Of a stretch of DNA of 64,000 nucleotides, positions 1-9,227 are shown one piece after another. The first letter of the stretch is position 1. Every line of letters begins with the position of its first letter. Made by a program: the position numbers and the translations under genes. Location: the NCBI GenBank assembly GCA_031551645.1, contig JAVBNI010000007.1:3887-67886 (forward strand), written 5' to 3'. The DNA comes from Bacteroidales bacterium (GTDB taxonomy: Bacteria; Bacteroidota; Bacteroidia; Bacteroidales; UBA4181). The notes beneath the pieces are model-generated. The model ran no database searches, was not told where the DNA came from, and saw nothing but the letters and a program-made list of their open reading frames with translations.

Positions 1-2
1 TA

Positions 3-737
3 CAGCATGAACTCCTACAAGCCTTACTGAAAACCGGAAAACCTGTCGTACTGGTATTGTTTACCGGACGCCCGTTGGTGCTCACCTGGGAACAGGCCAA
101 CGTTCCGGCCATCCTCAATGTTTGGTTCGGCGGAAGCGAAGCAGCCTATGCCATTGCTGATGTATTATTCGGCGATGCCAATCCAAGCGGAAAATTAGTG
201 GCAACTTTTCCACAGAACGTGGGACAGATACCGTTGTACTACAATCACAAAAATACCGGCCGGCCGTTAGGCGAAGGCAAATGGTTCGAGAAGTTCCGCA
301 GTAATTATTTGGATGTGAGCAATGACCCGTTATATCCTTTCGGTTTCGGACTGAGTTATACCACCTTCCGATATGGAAAGGTTCATCTGGATAAAAAAGT
401 AATAGCAAAAGACGGAAGGCTGACAGCCTCGGTCACAGTAACCAACACGGGCACAGTTGCCGGGCAGGAAGTGGTACAGATGTATATCCGCGACTTGGTA
501 GGTAGCATCACCCGCCCAGTGCAGGAACTGAAAGGTTTTGAAAAAATCAGCCTGCAACCCGGCGAAACGAAAACTGTAAGTTTTTATATTACACCGGAAT
601 TGTTGAAATTCTATAATTATAATCTGGAATATGTTGTAGAGCCGGGCGATTTTGAGGTGCAAATCGGAGGCAACAGCCGTGATGTAGAAATTGTAAAATT
701 TAGTTATAGCCTCTCCCCCCTGCCTCCTCTCCCATAG
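3..737 (+). CDS. bglX: Glycoside hydrolase family 3 beta-glucosidase, C-terminal part (5' end lies outside the window)
   Basis: The frame is open from base 3. The translation ..KTGKPVVLVLFTGRPL..WFGGSEAAYAIADVLFGDANPSGKL..FPQNVGQIPLYYN.. plus a C-terminal beta-sandwich (GQEVVQMYIRD..ELKGFEKI) are typical GH3 BglX motifs. Confidence 0.9.
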   Translation, partial: QHELLQALLKTGKPVVLVLFTGRPLVLTWEQANVPAILNVWFGGSEAAYAIADVLFGDANPSGKLVATFPQNVGQIPLYYNHKNTGRPLGEGKWFEKFRSNYLDVSNDPLYPFGFGLSYTTFRYGKVHLDKKVIAKDGRLTASVTVTNTGTVAGQEVVQMYIRDLVGSITRPVQELKGFEKISLQPGETKTVSFYITPELLKFYNYNLEYVVEPGDFEVQIGGNSRDVEIVKFSYSLSPLPPLP

Positions 738-831
738 AGAGGGGGGTGACGACTCATCATCTGAATTGCGGACTACGCAAGGGCTCCCTCCCCTTTGGAG
801 AGGGTGGGGGGTGAGGCTCCCAAAAATCAAA
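711..831. repeat. G/C-rich CTCCC/GGGAG-type hairpin elements in the GH3-GH144 spacer
   Basis: CCTCTC(726-731)/GAGAGG(737-742) form a stem that extends by C-G pairs and overlaps the GH3 stop codon TAG at 735-737. A second related block, gggctccctcccctttggagagggtggggggtgaggctccc, lies at 781-821. Confidence 0.6.
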
Positions 832-836
832 TCAAT

Positions 837-2189
837 ATGAACAAGATGAGATATTTTATCCCGGCAATACTTTTTCTAATATTGTTAGGATCGTGTAAAC
901 CCGGTAAACGTGGACAATCCGGAAAACCCATCTATACCGATGAACAGTTGATGGACTTGGTGGAAAAACAAACCTTCGACTATTTCTGGAATGGCGCCGA
1001 CCTCAACAGTGGCTTGGCCTGTGAACGCATCCATATGGACGACGAATATCCGGAAAGTGATCAAACAGTGGTTACTTCCGGAGGAAGTGGGTTCGGAGTT
1101 ATGGCAATCCTTGCTGCAATCGATCGTGGGTACATTTCGCGTGAATTAGGCGTGGATCGTTTCAATAAGATATTGAATTTCCTGGAACATGCCGACCGTT
1201 TTCGCGGTGCTTTTCCACATTGGTGGGAAGGAACCACAGGAAAAGTAAAGCCGTTCAGCTCGAATGACAACGGCGGCGATCTGGTGGAAACCGCCTTCAT
1301 GATGCAAGGATTACTCTGTGTGCATCAATACTTCATAAACGGGAGCGAAGCCGAAAAATCCATTGCTGCCCGTATTGACAAGTTGTGGCGAGAAGTAGAA
1401 TGGAGCTGGTATCGCAATGGCCAGAATGTTCTGTATTGGCACTGGAGTCCCGACAAAGGCTGGGCAATGAACTTTCCCGTACACGGATATAACGAATGCC
1501 TGATCATGTATATCCTGGCAGCATCGTCGCCTACGTTTGGCATCCCTGCCGAAGTATACCACGAAGGTTGGGCTGAAAACGGCAAGATTGTCAACCATCA
1601 TATGGCTGAAGGCTTACCCTTACAATTTGGCCATCAAGGTGATGTACCATCCGGAGGCCCGCTCTTTTGGGCGCATTATTCATATCTCGGGCTTGACCCA
1701 CGTGGCCTAAAAGACAGGTATGGCGATTATTGGGAAGAAAACCGCAACCAAACGTTGATCAATCGAGCCTACTGCATCCGTAATCCCAAAGGATATAAAG
1801 GCTATGGCGCGAATTGCTGGGGGCTCACTTCAAGTTATTCTGTGAAAGGTTATGCCGGACATGCTCCGTCGGAAGAGCGTGATCTGGGAGTAATTACGCC
1901 CACCGCTGCCCTGTCGTCTATCGTTTATACCCCTGAATATTCCATGCAGGTGATGCGTCATCTCTATGATGATTTGGGCGAAAAGCTCTGGGGTGAATTT
2001 GGTTTTTACGATGCGTTCAGCGAAACGGAAAATTGGTTTCCACAACAGTATTTAGCCATTGATCAGGGTACCATTCCGGTGATGATCGAGAACCATCGTA
2101 GTCAGTTGTTGTGGAAGCTCTTCATGAGCCATCCCGATGTTCAGGTTGGATTGAAAAAATTAGGTTTTGAGAGTCCGCATTTGAAATAA
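837..2189 (+). CDS. Glucoamylase-family / GH144-like (endo-beta-1,2-glucanase-like) lipoprotein
   Basis: An in-frame ATG at 837 gives MNKMRYFIPAILFLILLGSC, a lipoprotein signal with Cys. The length is ~450 aa. The alpha/alpha-toroid-like sequence (FDYFWNGAD..SGLACERI, GGSGFGVMAILAA, FPHWW) matches my memory of the 'putative glucoamylase'/GH144 family. It sits next to a GH3 beta-glucosidase. Confidence 0.65.
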   Translation: MNKMRYFIPAILFLILLGSCKPGKRGQSGKPIYTDEQLMDLVEKQTFDYFWNGADLNSGLACERIHMDDEYPESDQTVVTSGGSGFGVMAILAAIDRGYISRELGVDRFNKILNFLEHADRFRGAFPHWWEGTTGKVKPFSSNDNGGDLVETAFMMQGLLCVHQYFINGSEAEKSIAARIDKLWREVEWSWYRNGQNVLYWHWSPDKGWAMNFPVHGYNECLIMYILAASSPTFGIPAEVYHEGWAENGKIVNHHMAEGLPLQFGHQGDVPSGGPLFWAHYSYLGLDPRGLKDRYGDYWEENRNQTLINRAYCIRNPKGYKGYGANCWGLTSSYSVKGYAGHAPSEERDLGVITPTAALSSIVYTPEYSMQVMRHLYDDLGEKLWGEFGFYDAFSETENWFPQQYLAIDQGTIPVMIENHRSQLLWKLFMSHPDVQVGLKKLGFESPHLK

Positions 2190-2314
2190 GAATTCCGTTA
2201 AATCAGTCCGGATTCAATAGGACCACCCATGTAAGCAGTGTCAAGACACACATGGTTTAGTATTTTCTTCCACTGTCAGGCGGGCTTAACTAAACAACAT
2301 TGAAGCCCTATTAT

Positions 2315-4567
2315 TCAATTAATTTCCTTTGTTTGCGAAGCATTCACAAATAAGACATCACCAATATCATGAAAATCAGTAAAAAATTTATTTACATCAT
2401 GTTTTATTATCTCCTCCCGAAATCCGACAATAGTTAGCCCCGCATTCCTGGAACGTTCTGTAATAACTTCATTAAGCGTTTGGTGTTCTGAAAGTTTCAC
2501 GATTTCAATATTGGCCAGGGTAATAGGTAACCTTCCGGTAGCGATCCGCTCTTCAAGTTCTTTTTTGGTTTCTTCGTGTTGTCCTGTTGAGCTGATGCTG
2601 AATATCTTGATATAGCTTTTATGCCAATCGGGATGCGCCATAATGATGTATCCCAACAAAATCATCAGGTTGGTATTCTTTTCGTCGGTGGCTCTGATCC
2701 ACACGTGAATACCATTTCGGTATCTGACCGGCGAATTGGATATTGCAAAAAGACATATATCGAAATTACCTGCTTTGATTAATTTCACGTTCTCAAGTAT
2801 CCGGCTAAGTTCGTCAGGATGATCTTTTTCGAACTCGAATACCACCATGTTGTTCTCCATGCCGGAAATGGACGGCGACTGTATCACCTGGGCTATGGCC
2901 GAAGTATAGGAAGGCGAAATCATGGTATCGATATAGAGAGCGCTTTCCTGCTCTTTCTGACTATCAATAAGCAGCCCCAATATCTTCTGCGATTCGGCAT
3001 AGGTTTGTTTGCTATAATACCCTTCAATATAATGAAAGTAAGTACCGAATCCATGTTGGTGGCTGATCCACTTCATCAGGTCGAGTACCTTTTCACGTTC
3101 AAACGAGTGCGATGAAATACAAATGGCGGCAGGACGCCAATCCTCGTTATCCATACCGGCCTGGTTTTTTTGGATAAAGACATGAAGTTGCCTATTCAAC
3201 TGGAAAATAGCCCCTTTGAATATGTTTACAAGTCCTTTCTGATCCTTATTATAATGTTCTAAGAACAGGTATATCATTATAATGAGGATATAGGCCATGA
3301 TAGTGTAAACCGGGTTGATCCGGAACATAACCCATACCGACAGCAAAAAACCGCCTAACGAAAGATACCATTTTGATTTGAAACGGGGACGGTATGAAGG
3401 GGGCGAACCAAAATGATTGAGAAACGAGATCAGACAGAGCGTACCGTATGTGATTAAAAAGAACATGGATATGATTTCGGCCACCATATTCACATTGCCC
3501 ACCACAACAAATACTAAAGCGATAGCAATCGACACCAGCAACGCATTGAATGGTTCGGATGACTTTCCTTTTCCTTGGGCTAAAAACTGATTGACACCTT
3601 TAAACGGAAAACTTTTATCATTAGCAAGCGCCTGTAATGTCCGCGGAGATATCATCAAAAAACCGATAGCCGACGAAAGAGTAGAAGCTGCAAGCCCCAA
3701 CGGAATGATGATGGTCCCCAGCACGGCAATCTTTGACATGATCAGTTGGCTTTCAATCAAATCGGATTGCGATGCAGAAATAGATAATTTCCACACTACC
3801 AGAACATAGACAATCAATCCTGCAATGGTTCCCCCCATGGTACCCAAAGGAATAGATTTTCCAGGATCTTTAAGATCGCCGCTAAGGCCTACACCTGCAG
3901 TCATGCCGGTAAATGCCGGAAAACAAATAGCAAACAGGATAAAAAATTTGTCTTTATTAAAAAAACCAAAATTATTACCGACAATATGTGCCGGATCACT
4001 GCCTACGTCAATGGGCTTGCCCATAAAAAAGCAAAGCAGGGACACAAACAAAATCAAAATGATGATATACAGCATTTTTACTCCCAAACCGGCACCCCTG
4101 CGCAAGATGATGAGAGACATAAGTACCAAGGCCGGTACGCTGATAACCTGGCGTGGGAGCTCGAATCCGAAACGACTTATCCACCAGTTGAAAAACGGCT
4201 CGAATGATTCGGTGAAAGCCACAATGTAGAAAGCCACACTGATGGCTTGTGAAAAATAAAGGGCAATGCCAATGGTGGAACCTATCTTCAAGCCAAACGA
4301 ACGGGATATGATAAAATATTCGCCGCCGCCTTCTACCCGTGTATTGGTTGCTATCTCTGAGATAGCTAAAGCTGTAGGAATCGTAATAAGGTGTCCAAGT
4401 ATGATTATCAGAATAGCTCCCCAAAAACCGAGTGTGCCTGTAGCAAAACCAAACCGAAGAAACAAGATGGCTCCAAGTATGGTGGAAAGGGAGGTGAAAA
4501 ATACGGGAGCCGTCCCAAATCTGTTAACTGACGCTGGAATTTTAATCTGTTTCATCGTCATATTCAT
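2315..4567 (-). CDS. APC-superfamily permease with a C-terminal cytoplasmic SLC12-like domain (cation-chloride cotransporter-like)
   Basis: 750-aa ORF with about 12 hydrophobic segments in the N-terminal ~470 aa, followed by a ~270-aa soluble domain. This is the usual bacterial 'amino acid permease / Na-K-Cl cotransporter-like' architecture. Confidence 0.75.
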   Translation of the reverse strand: MNMTMKQIKIPASVNRFGTAPVFFTSLSTILGAILFLRFGFATGTLGFWGAILIIILGHLITIPTALAISEIATNTRVEGGGEYFIISRSFGLKIGSTIGIALYFSQAISVAFYIVAFTESFEPFFNWWISRFGFELPRQVISVPALVLMSLIILRRGAGLGVKMLYIIILILFVSLLCFFMGKPIDVGSDPAHIVGNNFGFFNKDKFFILFAICFPAFTGMTAGVGLSGDLKDPGKSIPLGTMGGTIAGLIVYVLVVWKLSISASQSDLIESQLIMSKIAVLGTIIIPLGLAASTLSSAIGFLMISPRTLQALANDKSFPFKGVNQFLAQGKGKSSEPFNALLVSIAIALVFVVVGNVNMVAEIISMFFLITYGTLCLISFLNHFGSPPSYRPRFKSKWYLSLGGFLLSVWVMFRINPVYTIMAYILIIMIYLFLEHYNKDQKGLVNIFKGAIFQLNRQLHVFIQKNQAGMDNEDWRPAAICISSHSFEREKVLDLMKWISHQHGFGTYFHYIEGYYSKQTYAESQKILGLLIDSQKEQESALYIDTMISPSYTSAIAQVIQSPSISGMENNMVVFEFEKDHPDELSRILENVKLIKAGNFDICLFAISNSPVRYRNGIHVWIRATDEKNTNLMILLGYIIMAHPDWHKSYIKIFSISSTGQHEETKKELEERIATGRLPITLANIEIVKLSEHQTLNEVITERSRNAGLTIVGFREEIIKHDVNKFFTDFHDIGDVLFVNASQTKEIN

Positions 4568-4745
4568 GAAAACCGGATATTCGCAAAGTTAATCATTTAT
4601 CCGAATAACTGAAATGTATCGGCCATCCCCAATAAGCAGGCTGTTAATCAGAAACTTACACAAACATCAACATCAACAATAGTGAGTTGAAACAAAAATT
4701 TAAGAAAACACTTATCCTAAAATAGAACCAGACAGTCGTACTGAA

Positions 4746-5333
4746 TCAATTTTCGCAAATCAATCGATTCAGCTTTTGGTATATTTCGTAACACATCCAC
4801 GCATCGGTAGCAGCGTAGCGTTGTTGTGCCTCGGTTAGACTATCGTTTTCCCAGTTGGATAGCTGTTGCGATTTTGAAATCCGTACGCCCAATACAATAC
4901 CCGCCATCTTGGCTAGTCCGATATTCTTAATATTGAATTTCTGTACCATATCCTGCAGATCAACAAAGCCACGCGGTTGTATTTTAGCGCTCCGCCGCAA
5001 TACATCAATATCGTTTTTTATCGCTGCCCCAACTTTTAAAATATTCGGATCGGATAACAGAGAAATCAGACTTTTAGGAATATTCGTCATCCTGCAAAGA
5101 CGGAACAGGTATGCATCCGTATCTGTAGACAATTGCAGCAATGCCACGCGGTTCACTTTGCCTTTGGTAAATGACGGGCGAGTCTCGGTGTCAAAACCCA
5201 GTACAGGACAATTCCTCAGGTATTGCACCACAGCATCGGCTTGCCGTTCATTTTCAACCAGGCGAATATCGCCCTCAAAATGCACCAATGATAATGCATA
5301 AAGTTCTTCCTTGGATATCTCGGATGCAAACAT
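4746..5333 (-). CDS. 3'-5' exonuclease domain protein (DnaQ/RNase D/WRN-exo-like)
   Basis: 195 aa. It carries the LGFDTETRP (ExoI DxE), LLQL, KVGAAIKNDIDVL (ExoII) and YAATDAW (ExoIII) motifs. Confidence 0.85.
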   Translation of the reverse strand: MFASEISKEELYALSLVHFEGDIRLVENERQADAVVQYLRNCPVLGFDTETRPSFTKGKVNRVALLQLSTDTDAYLFRLCRMTNIPKSLISLLSDPNILKVGAAIKNDIDVLRRSAKIQPRGFVDLQDMVQKFNIKNIGLAKMAGIVLGVRISKSQQLSNWENDSLTEAQQRYAATDAWMCYEIYQKLNRLICEN

Positions 5334-5356
5334 CTATTTTTTAACACCTTATTAGA

Positions 5357-5947
5357 CTACTCCACTTCGTCATAATCTTCGATAACATCCTCCATATCCA
5401 CTTCCAATTGCGACGATTTTTTGGACTCAGCATAACGCTGCTGATATAGGTTGACGTGTACAATCCTCAGTGCACTCAAAAGTTTCACACCCCAGTATTG
5501 TCCGAAAGTGTCCACACATTCGGCAATTGCATCGTTCATATTTTCGATCGTACCCGTTTCGTATAACATCACGAAATCCTTCAATTCCTGATAGATATCG
5601 GTCAACATTTCCGATAGGCTGGCCTCAATGACTTTGAGCGTACCCGGATGGCTCAGATCGTTAAAATCAGGGAACTGATCCAATGCGCCAATATAGGTCA
5701 CTAAATTACTATGTATCTTATTATAGGCACGTTCGGTAACGAACTTCTCAACATCCGACGAATAACGTGCGTCAACCTCAGGTAGATGAAAAACCCTACT
5801 GTATATGTCGGACAACATATTTAACTGAACAGTCCAAAAATCGGCAATCTTTTTGTCAGGCAATGCCTCAAGATATTCAAAATATTTACGACAAATTTTT
5901 ATAAATTCTTTTGTCTGCGGAGCAATAAGGGAATCTATTTTATTCAT
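5357..5947 (-). CDS. Hypothetical protein, DUF5063-like (tentative)
   Basis: Acidic, helical ~196-aa ORF starting at MNKIDSLIAP. It lies 23 nt upstream of the exonuclease gene on the same strand. The family name is from memory only. Confidence 0.5.
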   Translation of the reverse strand: MNKIDSLIAPQTKEFIKICRKYFEYLEALPDKKIADFWTVQLNMLSDIYSRVFHLPEVDARYSSDVEKFVTERAYNKIHSNLVTYIGALDQFPDFNDLSHPGTLKVIEASLSEMLTDIYQELKDFVMLYETGTIENMNDAIAECVDTFGQYWGVKLLSALRIVHVNLYQQRYAESKKSSQLEVDMEDVIEDYDEVE

Positions 5948-6071
5948 ATAACGGATATATAAAAAAACCAAACAAACCTAATACTTTATTTTCAATAATG
6001 TGCTGGTACATGATAAATTTTTTATCAAAAACAATCCTTGTGCTGTAAAGAAAAAGTTAAACACACATTAT

Positions 6072-7235
6072 TCATTCTAATTTCATGTAATAATATAGTT
6101 CATGATCAGGCAATAAATCAGGATGAAATATTCTGATCATATCTTTTAATATGATATGCGGATTAACCACTCCCGACTCGAAAAAGTCGTTACCGCCTCC
6201 GGGACTCACCCGGGCATAATTGTTGTATACCATACCGGTGCGATAAGGTGTTACATATTTCAAACGTTCGTCAACCGATTGAATTTCCTTTAAGGTACGG
6301 GCAGCGCCTGTATTGATCCACAAATCTGCTCCTCCGGCTTTACTGATAATCGCTTCGATATTGACCGGAAAACTTTCGTGTGAAGTATTGCTTTTCCAGA
6401 GATAGTCTCCCCCGGCATCGGCAATCATTCCGGCTATGGAGGTTTCGCCTCCGGGAATATACCATGTTCCCTGCCAGGGCAAGCCACACAATATCGTCGG
6501 ATTATGTTTCGTTCCTTTTACCAGCCGGCAGAGGGCATCATATTCGTTTTCAACGGTATTGAACCCTTCTTCGGCCAGTTTTCCACAATCGTAAAATTCA
6601 GCCATGAATTTTATCCATTCTGCCTTTCCTAAAGCTGTCCGTTCAAGATATTCGGCATTAAGCACTACCTTCATTCCCAGGTCAGTAAGCCTGGCCAGCC
6701 TGCCGACTACCTCCTCTCCTACCCCATAGGCAAAAATCACATCAGGCTTAAGGCTGATAATCCTTTCATAGTTCAATCCCTGGTCATAACCAATGTCGAC
6801 AACTTCGCCCTTCGCAACAGCATGTCTGATAGTAGTATCGGAGACATAAGCTGTTCCCGACAAAGCCTTGACACTCGCCGTTTTACCCAAAGCAGACAAC
6901 ATGGCAATATGCGTGGTGGCAAGACAAACGACCCGTTCCACGGGTGTGTATATGACCGGATAATCAGAAAATTCACGTGGTATGGTCTTTCCTTTCGGAC
7001 ATAATACATAACGATATGCTACATTCTGCGCACCTTGCCAAGGATTCAAAACGGTGACTACGGTGATATCTCCCTGTTTTTTTATGGTGAATCCCTGCGC
7101 ATATTCAACTGAAATCGAATCTTCAACAGTATCATTTACGGGAGAACCCGGATATTGCCCCCGACCCGCACATGATACTACCCCCAACATCAATGTGGTT
7201 ATGAAAAAAGGGATTTGAAACAGCCGAAACATCAT
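6072..7235 (-). CDS. ABC transporter periplasmic substrate-binding lipoprotein (Fe-siderophore/heme/cobalamin, BtuF/FhuD-like class)
   Basis: MMFRLFQIPFFITTLMLGVVSCAG is a lipoprotein signal. The body (VVCLATTHIAMLSALG, LKPDVIFAYG) fits the PF01497-type fold. The start was chosen at the internal MM; the longest ORF reaches 7271. Confidence 0.75.
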   Translation of the reverse strand: MMFRLFQIPFFITTLMLGVVSCAGRGQYPGSPVNDTVEDSISVEYAQGFTIKKQGDITVVTVLNPWQGAQNVAYRYVLCPKGKTIPREFSDYPVIYTPVERVVCLATTHIAMLSALGKTASVKALSGTAYVSDTTIRHAVAKGEVVDIGYDQGLNYERIISLKPDVIFAYGVGEEVVGRLARLTDLGMKVVLNAEYLERTALGKAEWIKFMAEFYDCGKLAEEGFNTVENEYDALCRLVKGTKHNPTILCGLPWQGTWYIPGGETSIAGMIADAGGDYLWKSNTSHESFPVNIEAIISKAGGADLWINTGAARTLKEIQSVDERLKYVTPYRTGMVYNNYARVSPGGGNDFFESGVVNPHIILKDMIRIFHPDLLPDHELYYYMKLE

Positions 7236-7384
7236 GTTATGGATTATTTTTAAGCAGGACGCTACAAACAATGTACCAAATCAAGCCGAAATAAGTGGAA
7301 AATAATTGACAATAGAAAATTGAAAAGTGGGCAGTAACAGTGGGTCGTTGAATTGTTGAATTGTATGACAGTCGCAGTAAGCAG

Positions 7385-7407
7385 TCAGGGCAACCGCATC
7401 AAATTTT
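7385..7407 (+). repeat. IS left inverted repeat (tcagggcaaccgcatcaaatttt)
   Basis: Exact reverse complement of 8527-8549. Confidence 0.9.
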
Positions 7408-7431
7408 TCCATCCTTTTTTACCTTTGCTGA

Positions 7432-8535
7432 ATGGAACAAGATATATCTCACTATTTTCAAGAAGTCCCCGATCCCCGTGTAGTTAACATGTGCGATCAT
7501 TTGTTATCCGACATACTATTGATCGCCCTTTGTACTTATATGACAGGCGGTTCGGATTATCAGGACATGAATTTGTTTGGCAAAAACCGAGGACAGCAGT
7601 TAAAAGGGGACATACTCCAACTGCCCAATGGTGCGCCTTCGGCGGATACCTACGAACGAGTTTTCAAGCGGTTGGATCCGGTTGCATTCAAGAGATGCTT
7701 GGAGACTTACGGCAAAGACATCCTATCGTGCTTGGCAGAGAAGCAAATAGTCTTGGATGGCAAGGTGTTAAAAGGAGTTTCTCCCACAAGCAAAGGCAAT
7801 GCCGGATTGTATATCCTGAACGCCTGGGTCAGTGAAAACAGTATCTGTGTGGGTCAGCAAAAAGTGGAGGATAAATCCAACGAAATCACAGCCATTCCCC
7901 AGGTATTGGATTCATTGGATATTGAAGAGGCCGTTGTTACCATAGATGCCATGGGAACACAAACCAAAATCGCCGAACAAATACGTTATAAGAAAGGGCA
8001 TTACATGCTTTCGGTCAAAGGCAACCAGAAAGAACTGCTTGAAGATATCCAATGCGCTTTTAAAACAAATCAAGGCCATTATCATGCCAGGGAAACAGAC
8101 TGTGATCATGGTCGTATAGAAACCCGAAGTTGCAGTATTTTACCGGCAAAAGATTTTTTGATGGACGAAAACCTAACGCCATGGAAAGATATAACCACAT
8201 TAATAAAGATAGAAGCTACCCGGGAAATTAAAGGCGTACTTACCTGGGATACCCGCTATTACATCAGCGATGAAAGTATCAAGAATGCTGCATATTATAA
8301 CTCTTTGGCAAGGGGACATTGGGCTATAGAAAATAAATTGCATTGGCATTTGGATGTCACTTTTAAAGAGGATCAATGCAGGGCTAGAACAGGAAATGCC
8401 CCCGAAAACCTATCAACAGTCAGAAAATTTACCCTACAAATGATCACAAATGTAAATGACAAACTCAGTTTAAAGAAGAGGCAATACAAGGCAGCGTTGG
8501 ATGTGGCGTACATGAAAAAAATACTCAAAATTTGA
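7432..8535 (+). CDS. ISAs1-family (H-repeat-associated, IS4-superfamily DDE) transposase
   Basis: The N-terminal HFQEVPDPRV..H.L.DIL.IALC motif (DDE_Tnp_1-associated) and the C-terminal YYISD..RGHWAIENKLHWHLDVTFKEDQCR are signatures of ISAs1 transposases. Confidence 0.9.
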   Translation: MEQDISHYFQEVPDPRVVNMCDHLLSDILLIALCTYMTGGSDYQDMNLFGKNRGQQLKGDILQLPNGAPSADTYERVFKRLDPVAFKRCLETYGKDILSCLAEKQIVLDGKVLKGVSPTSKGNAGLYILNAWVSENSICVGQQKVEDKSNEITAIPQVLDSLDIEEAVVTIDAMGTQTKIAEQIRYKKGHYMLSVKGNQKELLEDIQCAFKTNQGHYHARETDCDHGRIETRSCSILPAKDFLMDENLTPWKDITTLIKIEATREIKGVLTWDTRYYISDESIKNAAYYNSLARGHWAIENKLHWHLDVTFKEDQCRARTGNAPENLSTVRKFTLQMITNVNDKLSLKKRQYKAALDVAYMKKILKI

Positions 8536-8549
8536 TGCGGTTGCCCTGA
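8527..8549 (+). repeat. IS right inverted repeat (aaaatttgatgcggttgccctga); it contains the transposase stop codon
   Basis: Exact reverse complement of 7385-7407. The TGA at 8533-8535 lies inside it. Confidence 0.9.
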
Positions 8550-8583
8550 AATTCAAACGATTTCTCATAAAATCAAAAAACAT

Positions 8584-8614
8584 TTTGTAGTTTTATAAAA
8601 TAACTTTACTTTTG
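8584..8614 (+). promoter_or_regulatory. Bacteroidetes-type promoter (TTTG-N19-TACTTTTG) for the TetR operon
   Basis: TTTG at 8584-8587 and TAnnTTTG at 8607-8614, 23 nt before ATG 8638. Confidence 0.55.
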
Positions 8615-8637
8615 CATACTATAACGTATGGTATGGT

Positions 8638-9165
8638 ATGAAGAAAATTAAAAAAACAGACTGGTTTAAAGAAGGTTTCCTGATATTGGAAACTGATGGT
8701 TTTGCCAAAATTATCATCGATAACCTTTGTGACCGGCTTCAAATAACAAAAGGTTCATTTTACCATCATTTTAAAAATATGGATGGTTATGTGGCGGCAC
8801 TTATGGACTATTGGTTGGAAGAAAATACACTGTCAATCATTCGTCAAGTAAATGTAACAAAGGGAATCAGATCAAAGAAGAAGATGCTGGATAAGTTGGC
8901 GATTGACCGTTCCTTGAAGTTGGAACAAACAATCAGAGCGTGGGGATATTCTAACGAAACAGTTAAAAAACAGGTTAATGAGACGGATAAAATCCGGTTG
9001 GAATATCTGATCGAGTTGGAAAAACAGGAAGGTAAAAGTCCATCCCGGGCCAAAGATGTTGCCATACTCAGTTATGCTACGTTCATAGGGTTGCAACAAT
9101 TATTTCCCGACTTACCGAAAAAAGAACAAAATCGTCTGAATCAATATTTTTCAGCAAAGTTTTAA
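8638..9165 (+). CDS. TetR/AcrR family transcriptional regulator
   Basis: N-terminal HTH: GFAKIIIDNLCDRLQITKGSFYHHFKNMDGY. 175 aa. Confidence 0.9.
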   Translation: MKKIKKTDWFKEGFLILETDGFAKIIIDNLCDRLQITKGSFYHHFKNMDGYVAALMDYWLEENTLSIIRQVNVTKGIRSKKKMLDKLAIDRSLKLEQTIRAWGYSNETVKKQVNETDKIRLEYLIELEKQEGKSPSRAKDVAILSYATFIGLQQLFPDLPKKEQNRLNQYFSAKF

Positions 9166-9227
9166 AAAGAACCCGAAAAAACGGCTTTAAATTATTGTTT
9201 TACAATCCAATAATAAATCAAGATGTT

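Larger units (their letters stand above)
7385..8549 (+). mobile_element. ISAs1-family insertion sequence, apparently intact
   Basis: Perfect 23-bp terminal inverted repeats enclose a single 367-aa transposase ORF. The ends begin CAGGG, as I remember for ISAs1-family IRs. Confidence 0.85.

Noticed and set aside
115-830. Minus-strand ORFs 115-408 and 330-830, antisense to the GH3 gene and spacer
   Set aside because: They lie entirely within or opposite a gene with strong family motifs. Their composition is low-complexity and Arg/Cys-rich, typical of shadow frames.
795-836. N-terminal extension of the GH144-like ORF (MERVGGEAPKNQIN) starting at 795
   Set aside because: The extension is encoded by the GGGAG-rich repeat element. 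The ATG at 837 gives a canonical lipoprotein signal peptide.
2819-4592. Plus-strand ORFs (2819-3115, 3591-3809, 3825-4229, 3986-4207, 4266-4592) and the minus-strand alternative frame 4008-4424 inside the permease gene
   Set aside because: All overlap the 750-aa permease ORF, whose hydrophobic periodicity is convincing. They are shadow ORFs.
7272-7384. Possible cobalamin riboswitch upstream of the BtuF-like SBP gene
   Set aside because: I read the minus strand of the remaining leader and the sequence beyond the IS (8550-8640). I found no B12-box-like or conserved core elements. Only a cmsearch could settle this definitively.
7375-8559. Target-site duplication flanking the ISAs1 element
   Set aside because: The flanks cagtaagcag and aattcaaacg share no direct repeat of 3 nt or more at the junctions. 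Hence no TSD is claimed.
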